Shown piece after piece: positions 31,589 through 42,839 of a DNA stretch of 64,000 nucleotides. The DNA lies in the NCBI GenBank assembly GCA_963708025.1, contig CAVPSB010000014.1:1-64000 (forward strand), in the 5' to 3' direction. The notes under the pieces were generated by a model that had not been told where the DNA came from, made no database searches, and was given only the letters and a program-made list of their open reading frames with translations. Origin of the DNA: an uncultured Candidatus Rokubacteria bacterium (GTDB lineage Bacteria; Methylomirabilota; Methylomirabilia; Rokubacteriales; DASRDR01). A program made the position numbers and the translations under genes. Each line of letters begins with the position of its first letter. Within the stretch, counting starts at the first letter, position 1.

Positions 31589-32568
31589 CCCGCGTCATCC
31601 ACCGGTGGTGGACGGCGCGGCAGCTCACGCGCGACGGCTGGCTGTACAGCCTCGTCACGCTCGGTCTCGCCATCGCCGGCCTGAACACCGGCAACAACCT
31701 CGTCTACCTCCTCGTCTCGATGCTCCTGGCCGTCATCCTGGTCTCCGGCATCCTGTCCGGGCAGTCCATGCGGGGCCTCCGGCTCACGCCGCTCTTGCCG
31801 GAGGAGGTCTACGCCGGGCGACCGGCGATCTCCGGTGCGATCCTCCGCAACCGGAAGCGGCGCCTGGCCTCGTACGCGATCAGGGTGGAGATGCCCGGGC
31901 CGGCGCCGGGCGGGCGCGCGCTCCACGTCCCGCGCCTGGGACCCGGGGCCGAGCGCCAGCTCACCTGGCAGGTCGCGCTCCCTCGGCGTGGCCGGCACCG
32001 GCTGCCGGCGGTCTGGATCACCACGCGCTTCCCGTTCGGGCTCTTCGTGTGGAGGGAGCAGGCGGCGTCCGAGGCCGAGGTCCTCGTCTTCCCGGCGATC
32101 GATCCGGTTCCGCCGGAGCGCCTCCGTCGCCACGGCGGCCTCGGGCAGATCGCGACCCGCCGCCGGGGGCGCGGCGATGACCTCTACAACCTCCGCCCGT
32201 ACCGGGCGGGCGACGATCCGCGGCTGATCCACTGGCGCTCGAGCGCGAAGACCCCGGAGCTGATGGTCCGGGAGCTGGCGGAGGACGCCGCCCGGGACGT
32301 CCGGCTGATCCTGACCGGCGATGCCCACCGCGATGCGCCGCGCTTCGAGCGCGCCCTCTCCGAGGTGGCCTCCCTGGCGGTCCACTTCCTGAGAACCGGG
32401 GTCGGCGTCGAGCTGCGCGGTCCCGACCTCGACGTGCCACTCGGCCGGGGACGTCATCAGGAGCGTCGGATCCTCACCGCGCTCGCCCTCTACGAGCCGG
32501 GGACGGCGCCCGGCGCGGACCGGCCGGCCGCCCGCTCGCTCCGCGAGATCCGCGTCGGGCTCGACTGA
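31585..32568 (+). CDS. DUF58 protein
   Basis: [37 protein letters not shown]. Confidence 0.9.
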   Translation: MTRVIHRWWTARQLTRDGWLYSLVTLGLAIAGLNTGNNLVYLLVSMLLAVILVSGILSGQSMRGLRLTPLLPEEVYAGRPAISGAILRNRKRRLASYAIRVEMPGPAPGGRALHVPRLGPGAERQLTWQVALPRRGRHRLPAVWITTRFPFGLFVWREQAASEAEVLVFPAIDPVPPERLRRHGGLGQIATRRRGRGDDLYNLRPYRAGDDPRLIHWRSSAKTPELMVRELAEDAARDVRLILTGDAHRDAPRFERALSEVASLAVHFLRTGVGVELRGPDLDVPLGRGRHQERRILTALALYEPGTAPGADRPAARSLREIRVGLD

Positions 32569-32619
32569 GGCTCCGTGATCCCGCGCGGTAGACGGGCCAA
32601 GCAATCGGCTTCTCCGGCT

Positions 32620-32735
32620 CCCCCCTCCCCCCCGCCCCAGGCCGAAGGCCGTCCAACGGTCGGGGGAGGGGGGCCAAGGCCGAAGGCCGTCGGCCAAAGG
32701 CCGAAGGCCGTCGAAGGATCGGGTGGGCGGGAGGT
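32620..32735. repeat. REP-like intergenic element with three GGCCGAAGGCCGTC units
   Basis: Three units plus a tail shared with 34851-35026. Confidence 0.8.
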
Positions 32736-32744
32736 CCCCAACTA

Positions 32745-34820
32745 GTGGCGCTCCCGCCCCTCCTCTGGCTCGTCCTCTCCCTCCTCGTCGCCGACGGGCT
32801 CGTCGCGCTCTATCTCGCCGAGCTGCTCGGCCCGGCGGGGGTCGCGGTCGTGGCCCTCGGCGTGGCGGGGAGCTGGGTCGCCGGCGCCAGCGCGCGCCCC
32901 CCGGTGCGACCCCACTTCACCTGGCTGGTGGTGCCGGCCGGGGCCGCCGCGTCGGCCCTCGACGTCCTCGTGCTGGCGCCCTCGATCCTGGACGGGTTCG
33001 TCCGGTTCCTGCTCTTCATCGTCGTCTACCGGCTCTGGACGCTGCGCTCCGTGCGCGAGACCCGCACGGTGGGCGTCATGGCCTTCCTCATGCTCACCGC
33101 GGCCTCGTCGTCGTTCTTCGGCGTCGGCTTCCTGTTCGTGTTCGTCGTCTTCGTGGTCCTCGCGACCTGGTTGACCATGCTCCAGCAGGTGCTGATCGAC
33201 GCCGAGCCCGCGCCTGGCCGGACCGTGGTCGGGGCGGAGGACGCGCTCGGCGCCGGGCGGGCGCTGCTCGGGCTGGCGGTGGCCGCCTCGGTGGCGATCA
33301 TCGCCATCACCGCGGTCTGGTTCTTCGTCATTCCCCGCGTCATGCTGGCGGCGCTGCCGTTCCGCGCTCGGGTGGGGCCGATGGTCACCGGCTTCTCCGA
33401 TCGCGTCGAGCTGGGGAGCTACGGGGAGATCGAGAGCGACTCGACGGTCATCATGCGCGTCCACATCGCGGACTGGATGCCGGATCCCGACAAGCTGCCG
33501 AACCTCCGCTGGCGCGGCGTGGTCCTGGACCACTTCGACGGCCGGGTCTGGACCATCCGGCAGCCCCGGCGGATCGGGTCCCGGAAGGTCGTCGAGGGGG
33601 ACGTGCCGATCGCCATCCTCCGGGGGACCGGCCGCATCCTGGTGCAGGAGTTCTACCTCGAGCCGCTCGGGACGGACGTCATCTTCGTCGCGCCGCGCCC
33701 GGTCCGGCTCCGGGTGCGCGCGGCCCAGGTCAACCAGGACGACATGGACAGCCTGATGGTCCCGGCGGCCACCGCGCGCCTGAACTACGTGGTCGTCTCC
33801 GAGCTGGACGAAGGGCTGGCCGGCCGACCCTGGATCCGGCCGGCCGCGCCCCTCGACGAGGCGGCCATGGCCCGCTACCTTCAGCTCCCCCCGATCGCCC
33901 CCCGCGTCGCCGCCCTGGCCCGCGACGTCACCGCCGGCAGCCGCGACCCCCAGGACGCGGCGCTCCGGCTGGCCGCGTTCCTCTCCCGCGAGTACCGCTA
34001 CACGCTCGCCCTCGAGCGCCGCACGACGCTCGATCCGGTCGAGGAGTTCCTCTTCGTCCGCCGGTCGGGGAACTGCGAGTACTTCGCCGCCGCCATGGCC
34101 GTCATGCTGCGGAGCCTCGGCATCCCGGCCCGCGTCGTGAACGGCTTCCAGCGGGGAGAGTGGAACCCGTACGGGCGCTACTTCATGGTGCGGCTCGCCG
34201 ACGCCCACTCGTGGGTCGAGGCGCACGTGGGGCGGGCGGGCTGGGTGACGCTCGACCCCTCCCCGCGGCTCCCGGCCGAGGGTGGGGGCGGCCTCGGCAC
34301 GGTGGGCCTGCACCTCGATGCGCTGCGGGTGCGCTGGCACCGCTACGTCATCAACTGGAGTCTGCGCGACCAGCTCGAGACGGCCATGGCGCTCCGGCAC
34401 CAAGCGACCTCCGCGTGGGGGAGGGGAGGCCCGTGGCTGGCCTCGCTGCGCGACGTTCAGCCCGGGCCGGCCGCCCGGGCGGTGGCCGCGGTGGGCGTGC
34501 TGCTGGGGGGGCTGGTCGTCTGGCGGTGGCGGCGCGCCGCGGCTTCCCGTCGGCCCGCGGCCGGGAAGCCGCTCCCTCCGTACTACGCCCGCGCCCTCCG
34601 GAGCCTGGCCCGGGCGGGGCTGGCCCCGGCGTCGGGGGAGACGGCCCGGGAGTTCTGCGCGCGCGTCGCGGGGCGGGCACCGGGGTGCGCGGGCCCGCTC
34701 GAGACGCTGACGGCGGCCTACGAGCGCGGCCGCTTCGGCGCGCGCCCGCTCTCGCCCGGTGACCTGACCGAGCTGAACGCCTGCGTGACCGCGCTCCACC
34801 GGGCCCGCCCCCGCCACTGA
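32745..34820 (+). CDS. DUF3488/transglutaminase (TgpA-like) membrane protein
   Basis: GNCEYFAAAM, ARVVNGFQ.GE.N, DAHSWVE, W.TLDP; C-terminal ETAREF...YER.RF. Confidence 0.92.
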   Translation: MALPPLLWLVLSLLVADGLVALYLAELLGPAGVAVVALGVAGSWVAGASARPPVRPHFTWLVVPAGAAASALDVLVLAPSILDGFVRFLLFIVVYRLWTLRSVRETRTVGVMAFLMLTAASSSFFGVGFLFVFVVFVVLATWLTMLQQVLIDAEPAPGRTVVGAEDALGAGRALLGLAVAASVAIIAITAVWFFVIPRVMLAALPFRARVGPMVTGFSDRVELGSYGEIESDSTVIMRVHIADWMPDPDKLPNLRWRGVVLDHFDGRVWTIRQPRRIGSRKVVEGDVPIAILRGTGRILVQEFYLEPLGTDVIFVAPRPVRLRVRAAQVNQDDMDSLMVPAATARLNYVVVSELDEGLAGRPWIRPAAPLDEAAMARYLQLPPIAPRVAALARDVTAGSRDPQDAALRLAAFLSREYRYTLALERRTTLDPVEEFLFVRRSGNCEYFAAAMAVMLRSLGIPARVVNGFQRGEWNPYGRYFMVRLADAHSWVEAHVGRAGWVTLDPSPRLPAEGGGGLGTVGLHLDALRVRWHRYVINWSLRDQLETAMALRHQATSAWGRGGPWLASLRDVQPGPAARAVAAVGVLLGGLVVWRWRRAAASRRPAAGKPLPPYYARALRSLARAGLAPASGETAREFCARVAGRAPGCAGPLETLTAAYERGRFGARPLSPGDLTELNACVTALHRARPRH

Positions 34821-34850
34821 AGAGCGTGTGAAGCCACCGGTGCGTCCGAC

Positions 34851-35026
34851 CCCCCCCTCCCCCCAGTGCCTGCCGGAGGGACGGGACGTCGCCCACAGGC
34901 CGAAGGCCGTCCGATCGGCCGGAGGCCCGAGCCGTCCCCCCCAGGCCGAAGGCCGTCCGATCGATCCGGACAAACGGGAGGGGGGCCAAAGGCCGAAGGC
35001 CGTCGAAGGATCGGGTGGGCGGGAGG
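34851..35026. repeat. Second REP-like GGCCGAAGGCCGTC element
   Basis: Three units and an identical GGCCAAAGGCCGAAGGCCGTCGAAGGATCGGGTGGGCGGGAGGT tail. Confidence 0.8.
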
Positions 35027-35061
35027 TTTCAAGAATCAGCCCGTACCTGGTGCCGGCCGCC

Positions 35062-36204
35062 ATGTTCTGCGACAGCTTCGCCTGGTCGTTCGTCTTCATC
35101 AGCCTGCCGTTCTACATTCAGGTCCTCTCGACCGCCGACGGCGCCGCCACGCTCCGCTGGACCGGGTGGATCGTCGGGATCACCTCGCTGGTGTCCGTGC
35201 TGACCAACCCGGTGTGGGGTCGCCTGGCCAGCCGGGGCGACCCCAAGGTCTGCTACGTGCTGGTCGAGGCGCTCCAGGGCATCGGTTTCTTCGGGCTCGC
35301 CCTCGCCCGGACGCTGCTCGAGCTCTTCCTGGCGCGCTTCGTCCTCGGCTTCATGGGGTCGAGCTCCACCTTCGCCTTCATGGCGGCGGGACGATCCGGG
35401 GACGCCGCCGAGGTCCGCCGCCAGGTCGCCTGGGTGCAGGCGGCCATGATGGTCGGCGGAGTGATCGGCCCCCTTGCCGGCGCCGTGGCCGCCACCCGCT
35501 TCGGCTTCCGGGCGTCGTTCGTCATCGGGGGGCTCGTCCTGCTCGGCTCGTCCGGCCTCGTGTACGTCTTCGTGTCGATCCCGCCCGCGCCCGACGGCTC
35601 GCGCGCGGACGGGCGGCAGCTTCGCGCGCGCGACGTCGTCGTCGCCACCGCCATCGTCCTGGCCGGGTCCATTCACCTGTTCTTCCTCGCGCCCGTGCTG
35701 CCCCAGGTCCTGGCCAGTCTCGGCGTGGCCGCGGCCGACACCATCGAGGCGGGCGGGATCCTGATCTTCGCGTCGTCGGTGGCCGCCGCCCTCGGCTCGC
35801 TGGGCGCCCCCCACCTCGGCCGTCTCGCCAGCGAGCGGCGGCTCGTCGCGGCCCTCCTGGTCGGGTCCTCGGCCCTGCTGGCCGGCCTCGGGGCCGTCGG
35901 CTCGGTGTGGGCCTACACCGCCGTCCGGTTCCTGCAGGTGCTCTGCATCGCCCCGGTGTTCCCGCTGGTCGTGGCGCGGGTCGCCCAGCACGCCGGCGGC
36001 GACGTCATCGGGATCGTCAACTCGGCGCGCATCGCCGCCTCGTTCGTGGGGCCGGTGGTCGTCACCTCCGTCCTCGCGGTGGCGTCGCCGGCGGTGGTCT
36101 ACGCCCTGCTGGCCGTCATCGGGGTGGCCTGCCTCCCGCTGGTCGCCCTGCGCGGGCCAGCGGATCGGGGCCGGGGCGCGGAGGGAGCCGGGGCCGGGAC
36201 GTAG
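35062..36204 (+). CDS. MFS transporter (start uncertain, possibly near 35035)
   Basis: About 12 TM helices; WGRLASRGDPK, LFLARFVLG, IGPLAG. Confidence 0.85.
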   Translation: MFCDSFAWSFVFISLPFYIQVLSTADGAATLRWTGWIVGITSLVSVLTNPVWGRLASRGDPKVCYVLVEALQGIGFFGLALARTLLELFLARFVLGFMGSSSTFAFMAAGRSGDAAEVRRQVAWVQAAMMVGGVIGPLAGAVAATRFGFRASFVIGGLVLLGSSGLVYVFVSIPPAPDGSRADGRQLRARDVVVATAIVLAGSIHLFFLAPVLPQVLASLGVAAADTIEAGGILIFASSVAAALGSLGAPHLGRLASERRLVAALLVGSSALLAGLGAVGSVWAYTAVRFLQVLCIAPVFPLVVARVAQHAGGDVIGIVNSARIAASFVGPVVVTSVLAVASPAVVYALLAVIGVACLPLVALRGPADRGRGAEGAGAGT

Positions 36205-36242
36205 CCCGGGGTCGGGACCTGGCCTCGCCCGCGCGGGCGCGG

Positions 36243-36698
36243 CTACAGGTGACGGCGGATCGCGGCGATCGTCGCGGCCGCCTCTTCCGGCGTCGGCGCC
36301 AGCGGAGGCCGCGCGCGCTCCCAGACGGGCCGCAGCGGGTCGGGATCGTCCGGGTAGCGTGGGAAGACGTGCCAGTGGAGGTGCGGCACGGCGTTCCCGA
36401 GAAGCTCGTAGTTGAGCTTGCGCGGCTGGAAGGCCGCCGCCATCGCCCGCGCCACCCGGAGCATGTCCTGGAAGTACTGTGTGCTCTCGGGCTCGGGCAG
36501 GTGAAACAGCTCCGTCGCGTGCCGCCGGGCGACCACCAGGGTGTAGCCCCGATACGTCTGGTCGAAGCCGAGCAGCGCGACCGAGGCCGGAAGATCGGCG
36601 ATCTTCCGCACCAGCTCGCCCTCGGTCGGGTGCACGCACGTCTCGGCGTCGCGGAGTGCCGCCACCACCTGGCAGAAGGGACAGCCCGCTTCACTCAT
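36243..36698 (-). CDS. HIT-family protein
   Basis: CPFC; GNAVPHLHWHVFPR. Confidence 0.92.
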   Translation of the reverse strand: MSEAGCPFCQVVAALRDAETCVHPTEGELVRKIADLPASVALLGFDQTYRGYTLVVARRHATELFHLPEPESTQYFQDMLRVARAMAAAFQPRKLNYELLGNAVPHLHWHVFPRYPDDPDPLRPVWERARPPLAPTPEEAAATIAAIRRHL

Positions 36699-37117
36699 GC
36701 CGACATTGTAGCGGTTTCGGGGGAGCGGGCCGCCGTCCTCTGACCCGATCGCCGGTCCGGGGCAACCCCGGGCTCGGCCGGCGCGGCCCTTGCTGCGCGG
36801 GGCCTCATCGTCTATTCTTACGCTCTGCCGTCGGCGACCCGCGCATTCCGGCGCACCAGCTGGCGGCGATGCCTCGGTCGTGTGCCGCCCCGGGAGCTGT
36901 CGGCGCCCACCCGGGCGCGGCCGTGGGAGCGGTGGGCGCCTGGCCCTGCGGTCGCTCCGGGGAGGGTAGGCGTGGCTGGATTGCGCCTCCGGACATCCCT
37001 TCGGGCTCCTGCGTGCGGCACGGTCGGTTGCCGTGGCGATCCGCGGTCGAGGATCACCGCGGGCGGCGCCGCCCCGCCTCTCACCCGCCTCGTCCGCGCG
37101 GCGTCGCCGGCCATCGC

Positions 37118-39352
37118 GTGAGACGCCTCGTTCCCGCGCTGCTCCTCGGCGTCTTGACCGCCACCGCCGGCGGACTGGCGACCCTCGTTCCGCTGGCGGC
37201 CCGGCTCGAAGAGAACTTGGGACTCGACCTCCTGTTCACGCTCCGGGGCTCCCGGCCGCCGCCGGCGGAGGTCGTGATCGTGAGCATCGACAAGCAGTCG
37301 GCCGACGAGCTGGGAGTTCCGCGGGACTCCGCGAAGTGGCCGCGCACGCTCCACGCCCGCCTCCTCGACACGCTGTCTCGCCAGGGGGCGGCCATGGTCG
37401 CGTTCGACATCGTGTTCGATCAGCCGGGCGTCCCGGACGACGACCGGCGCCTGGCGGAAGCGCTCGCGCGCGGGCGCAACGTGGTCCTGGGCCAGTACCT
37501 GACCCGGGAGACGGTCCCCATGCCCGGGACTCCCGGCGGCCACCTCATCGTCGAGCGCGCCGTCCCGCCCGTGGCCCTCCTCGACGACGCCGCGCTGGCC
37601 GTCGCGCCGTTTCCCTTGCCCAAGACCCCGGTGCGGGTCAGCCAGTACTGGACGTTCAAGACGAGCGCCGGTGACCTGCCAACCCTCCCGGTGGTGGCCT
37701 TCCAGGTCTTCACCCTGGACGCCTACGACCGCTTCGTCCGGCTCTTCGAGGAGGTGAGCCCCTATCACGCGGAACGCCTGCCGCGCGATCGAGCGGCCGT
37801 CGTCGCCGCCGGACACGCCGAACGGCTCGTCCGTCTGGTCCGGGACATCCTGCAGCACGAGGCGCCGACGATCGACCGGATGCGCGAGCGGCTGCGGTCG
37901 GAGCCGGCGGGCGCGCCCGGGACGAGGCGGCCCGGGCGTCGTCTGCTCGCCCTGCTCGAGATGTACCGGGCGCCGCCGAGCCAGTACCTGAACTTCTACG
38001 GCCCGCCCCGGACCATCACGACGCTGCCGTACCATCGGGTCCTCCAGGCCGACCCTCCCGCCGCCGACCTGCGCGGGAAGGCGGTGTTCGTGGGCCTGTC
38101 CGAGAACCTGCGTCTCGACCAGAAGGACGGCTTCTACACCGTCTTCTCGGAGCCGACCGGCTACGATCTCAGCGGGGTGGAGATCGCGGCCACGGCGTTC
38201 GCGAACCTCCTCGAGATGATGCCGGTCCACCCCCTCGCCCCCGCGTGGCAGCTCGCGACCCCGGTCCTCTGGGGGCTCGTCGTCGGGCTGCTCACGGGGC
38301 TGCTGGCGCCGGCCGTGGCCGCGGCCAGCCTGGTCGCCGCCGGCTGCCTCTACCTGCTCGCCGCCCTGCGGGCCTTCAAGACCGAGGCCGTCTGGTGTCC
38401 GGTGGTCGTGCCGCTGCTCTTCCAGCCGCCCCTCGCCTTCGTCGGGGCGGTCCTGTGGCGATACCGCCGGACGTTCCGCGAGCGCGAGAACGTCCGCCGG
38501 GCGCTGGGCTTCTACGTGCCGGCCCAGGTGGCGGACCAGGTGGCCAGGACCGTCGGCAACGTGCGGGAGAGCGGCGACCTCGCGTACGGGACCTGCCTGT
38601 CCACCGACGCCCACCGCTACACGGCGCTCGCCGAGACCATGGACCCCAAGGAGCTGGCGGCGTTCATGAACGAGTACTACGCCGTCATCTTCGGGCCGGT
38701 GAAGCGTCACGGCGGGATCGTGTCGGACGTCGTCGGGGACTCCATGCTGGCGATCTGGGCGACGGCGGAGCCGGACGCCGGGCTCCGCGGCCAGGCGTGC
38801 CGCGCCGCGCTCGACATCGCGAGCGCCACCGATCAGTTCAACCTGCGATCGGGCGCCCGGCGGCTGCCGACGCGCGTCGGCCTGCACTCCGGCCCGATGG
38901 TGCTCGGCAACATCGGGGCCATGGACCACTTCGAGTACCGGGCGGTCGGCGACATCGTCAACACCGCGACGCGGCTGGAAGGACTCAACAAGCAGCTCGA
39001 GACCCGCGTCCTGGCCAGCGACGACGTGCTCCGAGGCGTCGACGGGTTCCTCACCCGGGAGCTCGGGACGTTCCTGCTCGCCGGCAAGACCCGGCCGCTC
39101 CTGGTCCACGAGCTGCTGGGCCGGGAGGCCGACGCCGACGCCGGGCAGCGGGACCGGTGCGCCACGTTCGCCGCCGGGCTCGCGGCTTTCCGGGAGCGGC
39201 GGTGGAAGGAGGCGATCCAGTGCTTCGACGAGTGTGTCCGGGCCGACGAGAATGACGGGCCGTCACGCTTCTACGGCCGGCGGTGTGACCAGCTCGCCGC
39301 CAGCCCACCGGAGGGGATCTGGGATGGCGTCATCCAGATCGACTGGAAGTAA
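37118..39352 (+). CDS. CHASE2-domain class III nucleotide cyclase
   Basis: VIVSID..WPR..HARLL..AFDIVF, SGVEIAA; three TM; STDAHRYT, DVVGDS, RVGLHSG, VGDIVNTATRLEGLNK. Confidence 0.92.
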   Translation: MRRLVPALLLGVLTATAGGLATLVPLAARLEENLGLDLLFTLRGSRPPPAEVVIVSIDKQSADELGVPRDSAKWPRTLHARLLDTLSRQGAAMVAFDIVFDQPGVPDDDRRLAEALARGRNVVLGQYLTRETVPMPGTPGGHLIVERAVPPVALLDDAALAVAPFPLPKTPVRVSQYWTFKTSAGDLPTLPVVAFQVFTLDAYDRFVRLFEEVSPYHAERLPRDRAAVVAAGHAERLVRLVRDILQHEAPTIDRMRERLRSEPAGAPGTRRPGRRLLALLEMYRAPPSQYLNFYGPPRTITTLPYHRVLQADPPAADLRGKAVFVGLSENLRLDQKDGFYTVFSEPTGYDLSGVEIAATAFANLLEMMPVHPLAPAWQLATPVLWGLVVGLLTGLLAPAVAAASLVAAGCLYLLAALRAFKTEAVWCPVVVPLLFQPPLAFVGAVLWRYRRTFRERENVRRALGFYVPAQVADQVARTVGNVRESGDLAYGTCLSTDAHRYTALAETMDPKELAAFMNEYYAVIFGPVKRHGGIVSDVVGDSMLAIWATAEPDAGLRGQACRAALDIASATDQFNLRSGARRLPTRVGLHSGPMVLGNIGAMDHFEYRAVGDIVNTATRLEGLNKQLETRVLASDDVLRGVDGFLTRELGTFLLAGKTRPLLVHELLGREADADAGQRDRCATFAAGLAAFRERRWKEAIQCFDECVRADENDGPSRFYGRRCDQLAASPPEGIWDGVIQIDWK

Positions 39353-42300
39353 CCCGCGCCGCTCGACCAGGGTCCACCTCGCGGCCGCCGCGGTCGTCCT
39401 CGGCCTCCTGGGAGCGACTCCGCTTCCCGCCCCGGCGGCCCTGGCCACCTGCGCGGACTGGATCGCCGCCGTGGTCTCGGTGCAGGGCGACGTCCAGGCC
39501 CGGCGGGTCGGGGAAGCCCAGTGGGTGCGCCTCCGGCTCGACGACACCTACTGCGTGGGGGACATGGTCCGGGTGGACGCCCGGAGCCGGGCGGCCATCC
39601 GGCTGCGGAACGGCAGCGTGCTCCGTCTCGACCAGAACACGACGATCACCTTCTACGCCCCGCCGGCACCGGAGACGTCGTGGATCGGCCTCCTGCGCGG
39701 GGCCGTGCACTTCGTGAGCCGGGTGGCCCGGAGCCTCAACGTCCTCACGCCCGTTCGTGAACGCCGCGGTGGAGGGCACGGAGTTCTGGATCGAGGTCGG
39801 AGCCGATCAGGCCCTGCTGGCGGTGATCGAGGGCCGGGTGGCCGCGTCGAACCCGGCCGGAACCCTGACGCTGGTCGCCGGGCAATCGGCGATTGCCCGG
39901 GCCGGACAGGCACCGAGCCTCGCGACGGTGGCGGTCCGTCCCCCGGACGCGGTCCAGTGGGCGCTCTACTACCCGCCCGTCCTCGACCTGCGGCCGGCCG
40001 ACTTCCCCGACCGGCCCGGCGAGAGCCTGGCCGGCGCTGGTGCGGAGCTCCCTGGAGGCGTACGCCGCCGGGGACCTGGCGGAGGCCTTCGCGCGCCTCG
40101 CGGGGGTGCCGCCCGATGTCACGGATCCCAGGTTCTTCGTCTACCGGGCCGGCTTGCTGCTCGCCGTCGGCCGCGTCGACGAGGCGACCCCCGACATCGA
40201 CCGGGCCCTCGCGCTGGACCCGACCAGCAGCCGGGCGCTCGCCCTCGGCGCGGTGATCGCCGTCGTCCGCAACGACAAACCGACGGCACTCCGGCTCGCC
40301 CGACGCGCCGTCGAGCTGGACCCCCGGTCTGCTGCCGCCGCCCTCGCGCTTTCCTACGCGGAGCAGGCGAGCTTCGACCTGCCCGCCGCGCTGGCGAGCG
40401 CCCAGCAGGCCGTCCAGGCTCAGCCCGAGAGCAGCCTGGCCCGCGCCCGGCTCGCCGAGCTGTGGCTGGCCTCCGGCGAGCTGGACCGCGCGCTCGAGAG
40501 CGCGACAGAGGCCGTCGGCAAGGATCCGCGCAACGCGCGGGCCCAGACCGTGCTCGGCTTCGCGGCGCTCACGCAGATCGACTCCGCCAGGCCGCCGAGG
40601 CCTTCGAGCGCGCCATCGAGCTCGACCCGGCCGCGCCCCTGCCGCGGCTCGGGCTCGGCCTGACCCGGATCCGCGGCGGTGATCTGGAGGAAGGCCAGCG
40701 CCAGCTCGAGATCGCCGTCAGCCTCGACCCCGCCGACTCGCTCCTGCGCAGCTATCTCGGCAAGGTCTACTACGAGCGACGCGAGAGTCGGTCCTCGCGG
40801 CCGACCAGTTCAAGCTCGCTCAGGACCTGGACCGCCAGGATCCGACCCCCTGGCTCTACGACGCCATCCGGCTCCAGAGCGTCAACCGGCCAGTGGAAGG
40901 CGCTCGGCGGCGTTGCAGCGCTCCATCGAGCTGAACGACAACCGCGCAGTCTATCGGTCCCGCTTCCTGCTGGACCAGGACGAGGCTGCCCGCAGCGCCA
41001 GCCTGGCGCGCATCTACGACGATCTCGGTTTCCAGCAGCGCGCGCTCGTCGAGGGCTGGATCTCCGTGAACGCGGATCCCGCGAGCGACTCGGCGCACCG
41101 GTTCCTGGCCGACGCCTATTCGGTTCTGCCACGCCACGACACGGCGCGCGTGAGCGAGCTGCTGCAGTCCCAGCTCCTCCAGCCGATCAACGTGCTGCCG
41201 ATCCAGCCGCAGCTCGGGCTCAGCAACTCGTTCATCCTCGCTCGCGCCGGGACCCGCGGACCCGGGATTCGGTGAGTGGAACTCACTGTTCGCTCGAAAC
41301 GGCGTTCATCTCCTGGCCAGCGGCCTGGTGGGGGGCAACGGCACCTACGGGGACCAGGTGGTCGTCACGGGGATCTGGGACCGCCTGTCGGTCAGCGTGG
41401 GCCAGCTCCACTACGAGACCGACGGGTTCCGCCCCAACAACGACCTCGAGGAGAACGTCTACCAGGTCTTCGCTCAGCTGCAGCTGTCGGCCAGCACGAG
41501 CGTCCAGGCCGAGTACCGGCATCAGCGAACGCGAGGTGGGCGATCTCCCGCTCCGATTCGACCCCCAAAACTTCGAGCTGGACCTCAGGGACGACCTCCG
41601 CACGGACTCCGTACGCCTCGGTCTCCGTCACGCTGTGAGCCCCGCCTCCCTGTTCGTCGGGTCGTTCATATACGAAGACCTTCGCTTGACGTCCGAGATC
41701 TTTGGCACCAGCTCCCGGACGGATCGCACCGCGTACAATCCAGAGCTGCAATATCTTTTCCGAGGGAGGCGCTTCAGTGCGGTGAGCGGCGCCGCGTATT
41801 TCGGATCGGAGGTCACCAGCGGCTCCGGCAGTTCCAGGACCGACTTCGCCAACATGTACATTTACACCTATCTCCGTCTCCTGCCCCACACGACCCTCAC
41901 CGTCGGAGCAAGCGTGGACACGCTGTCGAGCCCAGTGGACGACGACACCGAGGTCAACCCGAAGCTGGGTATCGTATGGAATCCGGTTCCTTCCACAACG
42001 GTGCGCGCCGCCCTCTTCAGGACTCTGCAACGCCCCTTGATCTCCGGCCAATCGATCGAGCCGACGCAAGTGGCGGGATTCAACCAACTATTCGACGACG
42101 CGGGCGTCGGGACCGACACGTGGCGGTACGGTGTCGCCGTCAACCAGCGGTTGCCCCGAAACATGTACATCGGCGCCGAATTTGCGCACCGGGAGCTCGA
42201 CATCTCGTTTGTAGGCATCGATCTCGACACGGGAATCACAAAGCCAGACCGGGTGACGTGGACGGAAAGCCTGGCTCGCGCATACTTCTACTGGGCGCCA

Positions 42301-42699
42301 ACCGATTGGCTCGCTCTCAGCGCCGAGTACCAGTACGAACGTCTGAAGCGGTCCGCGGAGTTTCCTGGCGCCGCCGAAGTCGTCGAGAGTGACACGCATC
42401 GAGTCCCCCTCGGCCTCTCCGTCTTCACGCCCGGGGGATTCACCGCGCGCGTGCGCGGCACGTACGTGAACCAAGACGGAGTGTTCGGGGATTTTTCGCG
42501 AGGGACCGTCGAAGGAGGCGACCAATTCTGGATCCTGGACGCATCCATTTCCTACCGCCTACCGAGGCGCTGGGGACTCATCACGTTGGAGGGAAGAAAC
42601 CTGCTGGACCAGCGGTTCCGCTACAACGACTCGGACTTCGGAAACCCGACCTTCTACCCAGAACGTCTCGTCCTGCTGCGGCTGACACTGGCTTTCTGA
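39324..42699 (+). CDS. FecR-TPR-beta-barrel outer-membrane receptor (NsrA-like), about 7 frameshifts
   Basis: Signal peptide; FecR (LRLDQNT, NAAVEGTEF); DAVQWALYYPP; TPRs (LLRSYLGKVY, SIELNDNRAVYRSR); QPINVLPIQP; EPTQVAGFNQLFDD; C-terminal LTLAF. Confidence 0.85.
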
Positions 42700-42839
42700 C
42701 GCGCTGACCTCAACGGGAGAGGAGGTGTCGGTCGGCGTACTGGCCGTGCGCGAGATCTGCTGCGAGAGCCGGGACGGCTCGCACGGCACAAGAGAGCGAC
42801 CAGTCCATCAACGACCGGTACCAGAGAGGAGAGCAGCAA

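Noticed and set aside
32620-35026. CRISPR array
   Set aside because: Units are only 14 bp, irregularly spaced, and no cas genes are present
39324-42699. Programmed frameshifting or true pseudogenisation of the receptor
   Set aside because: Similar single-base indels without in-frame stops occur in many genes, so sequencing error is more likely; reads are needed to decide
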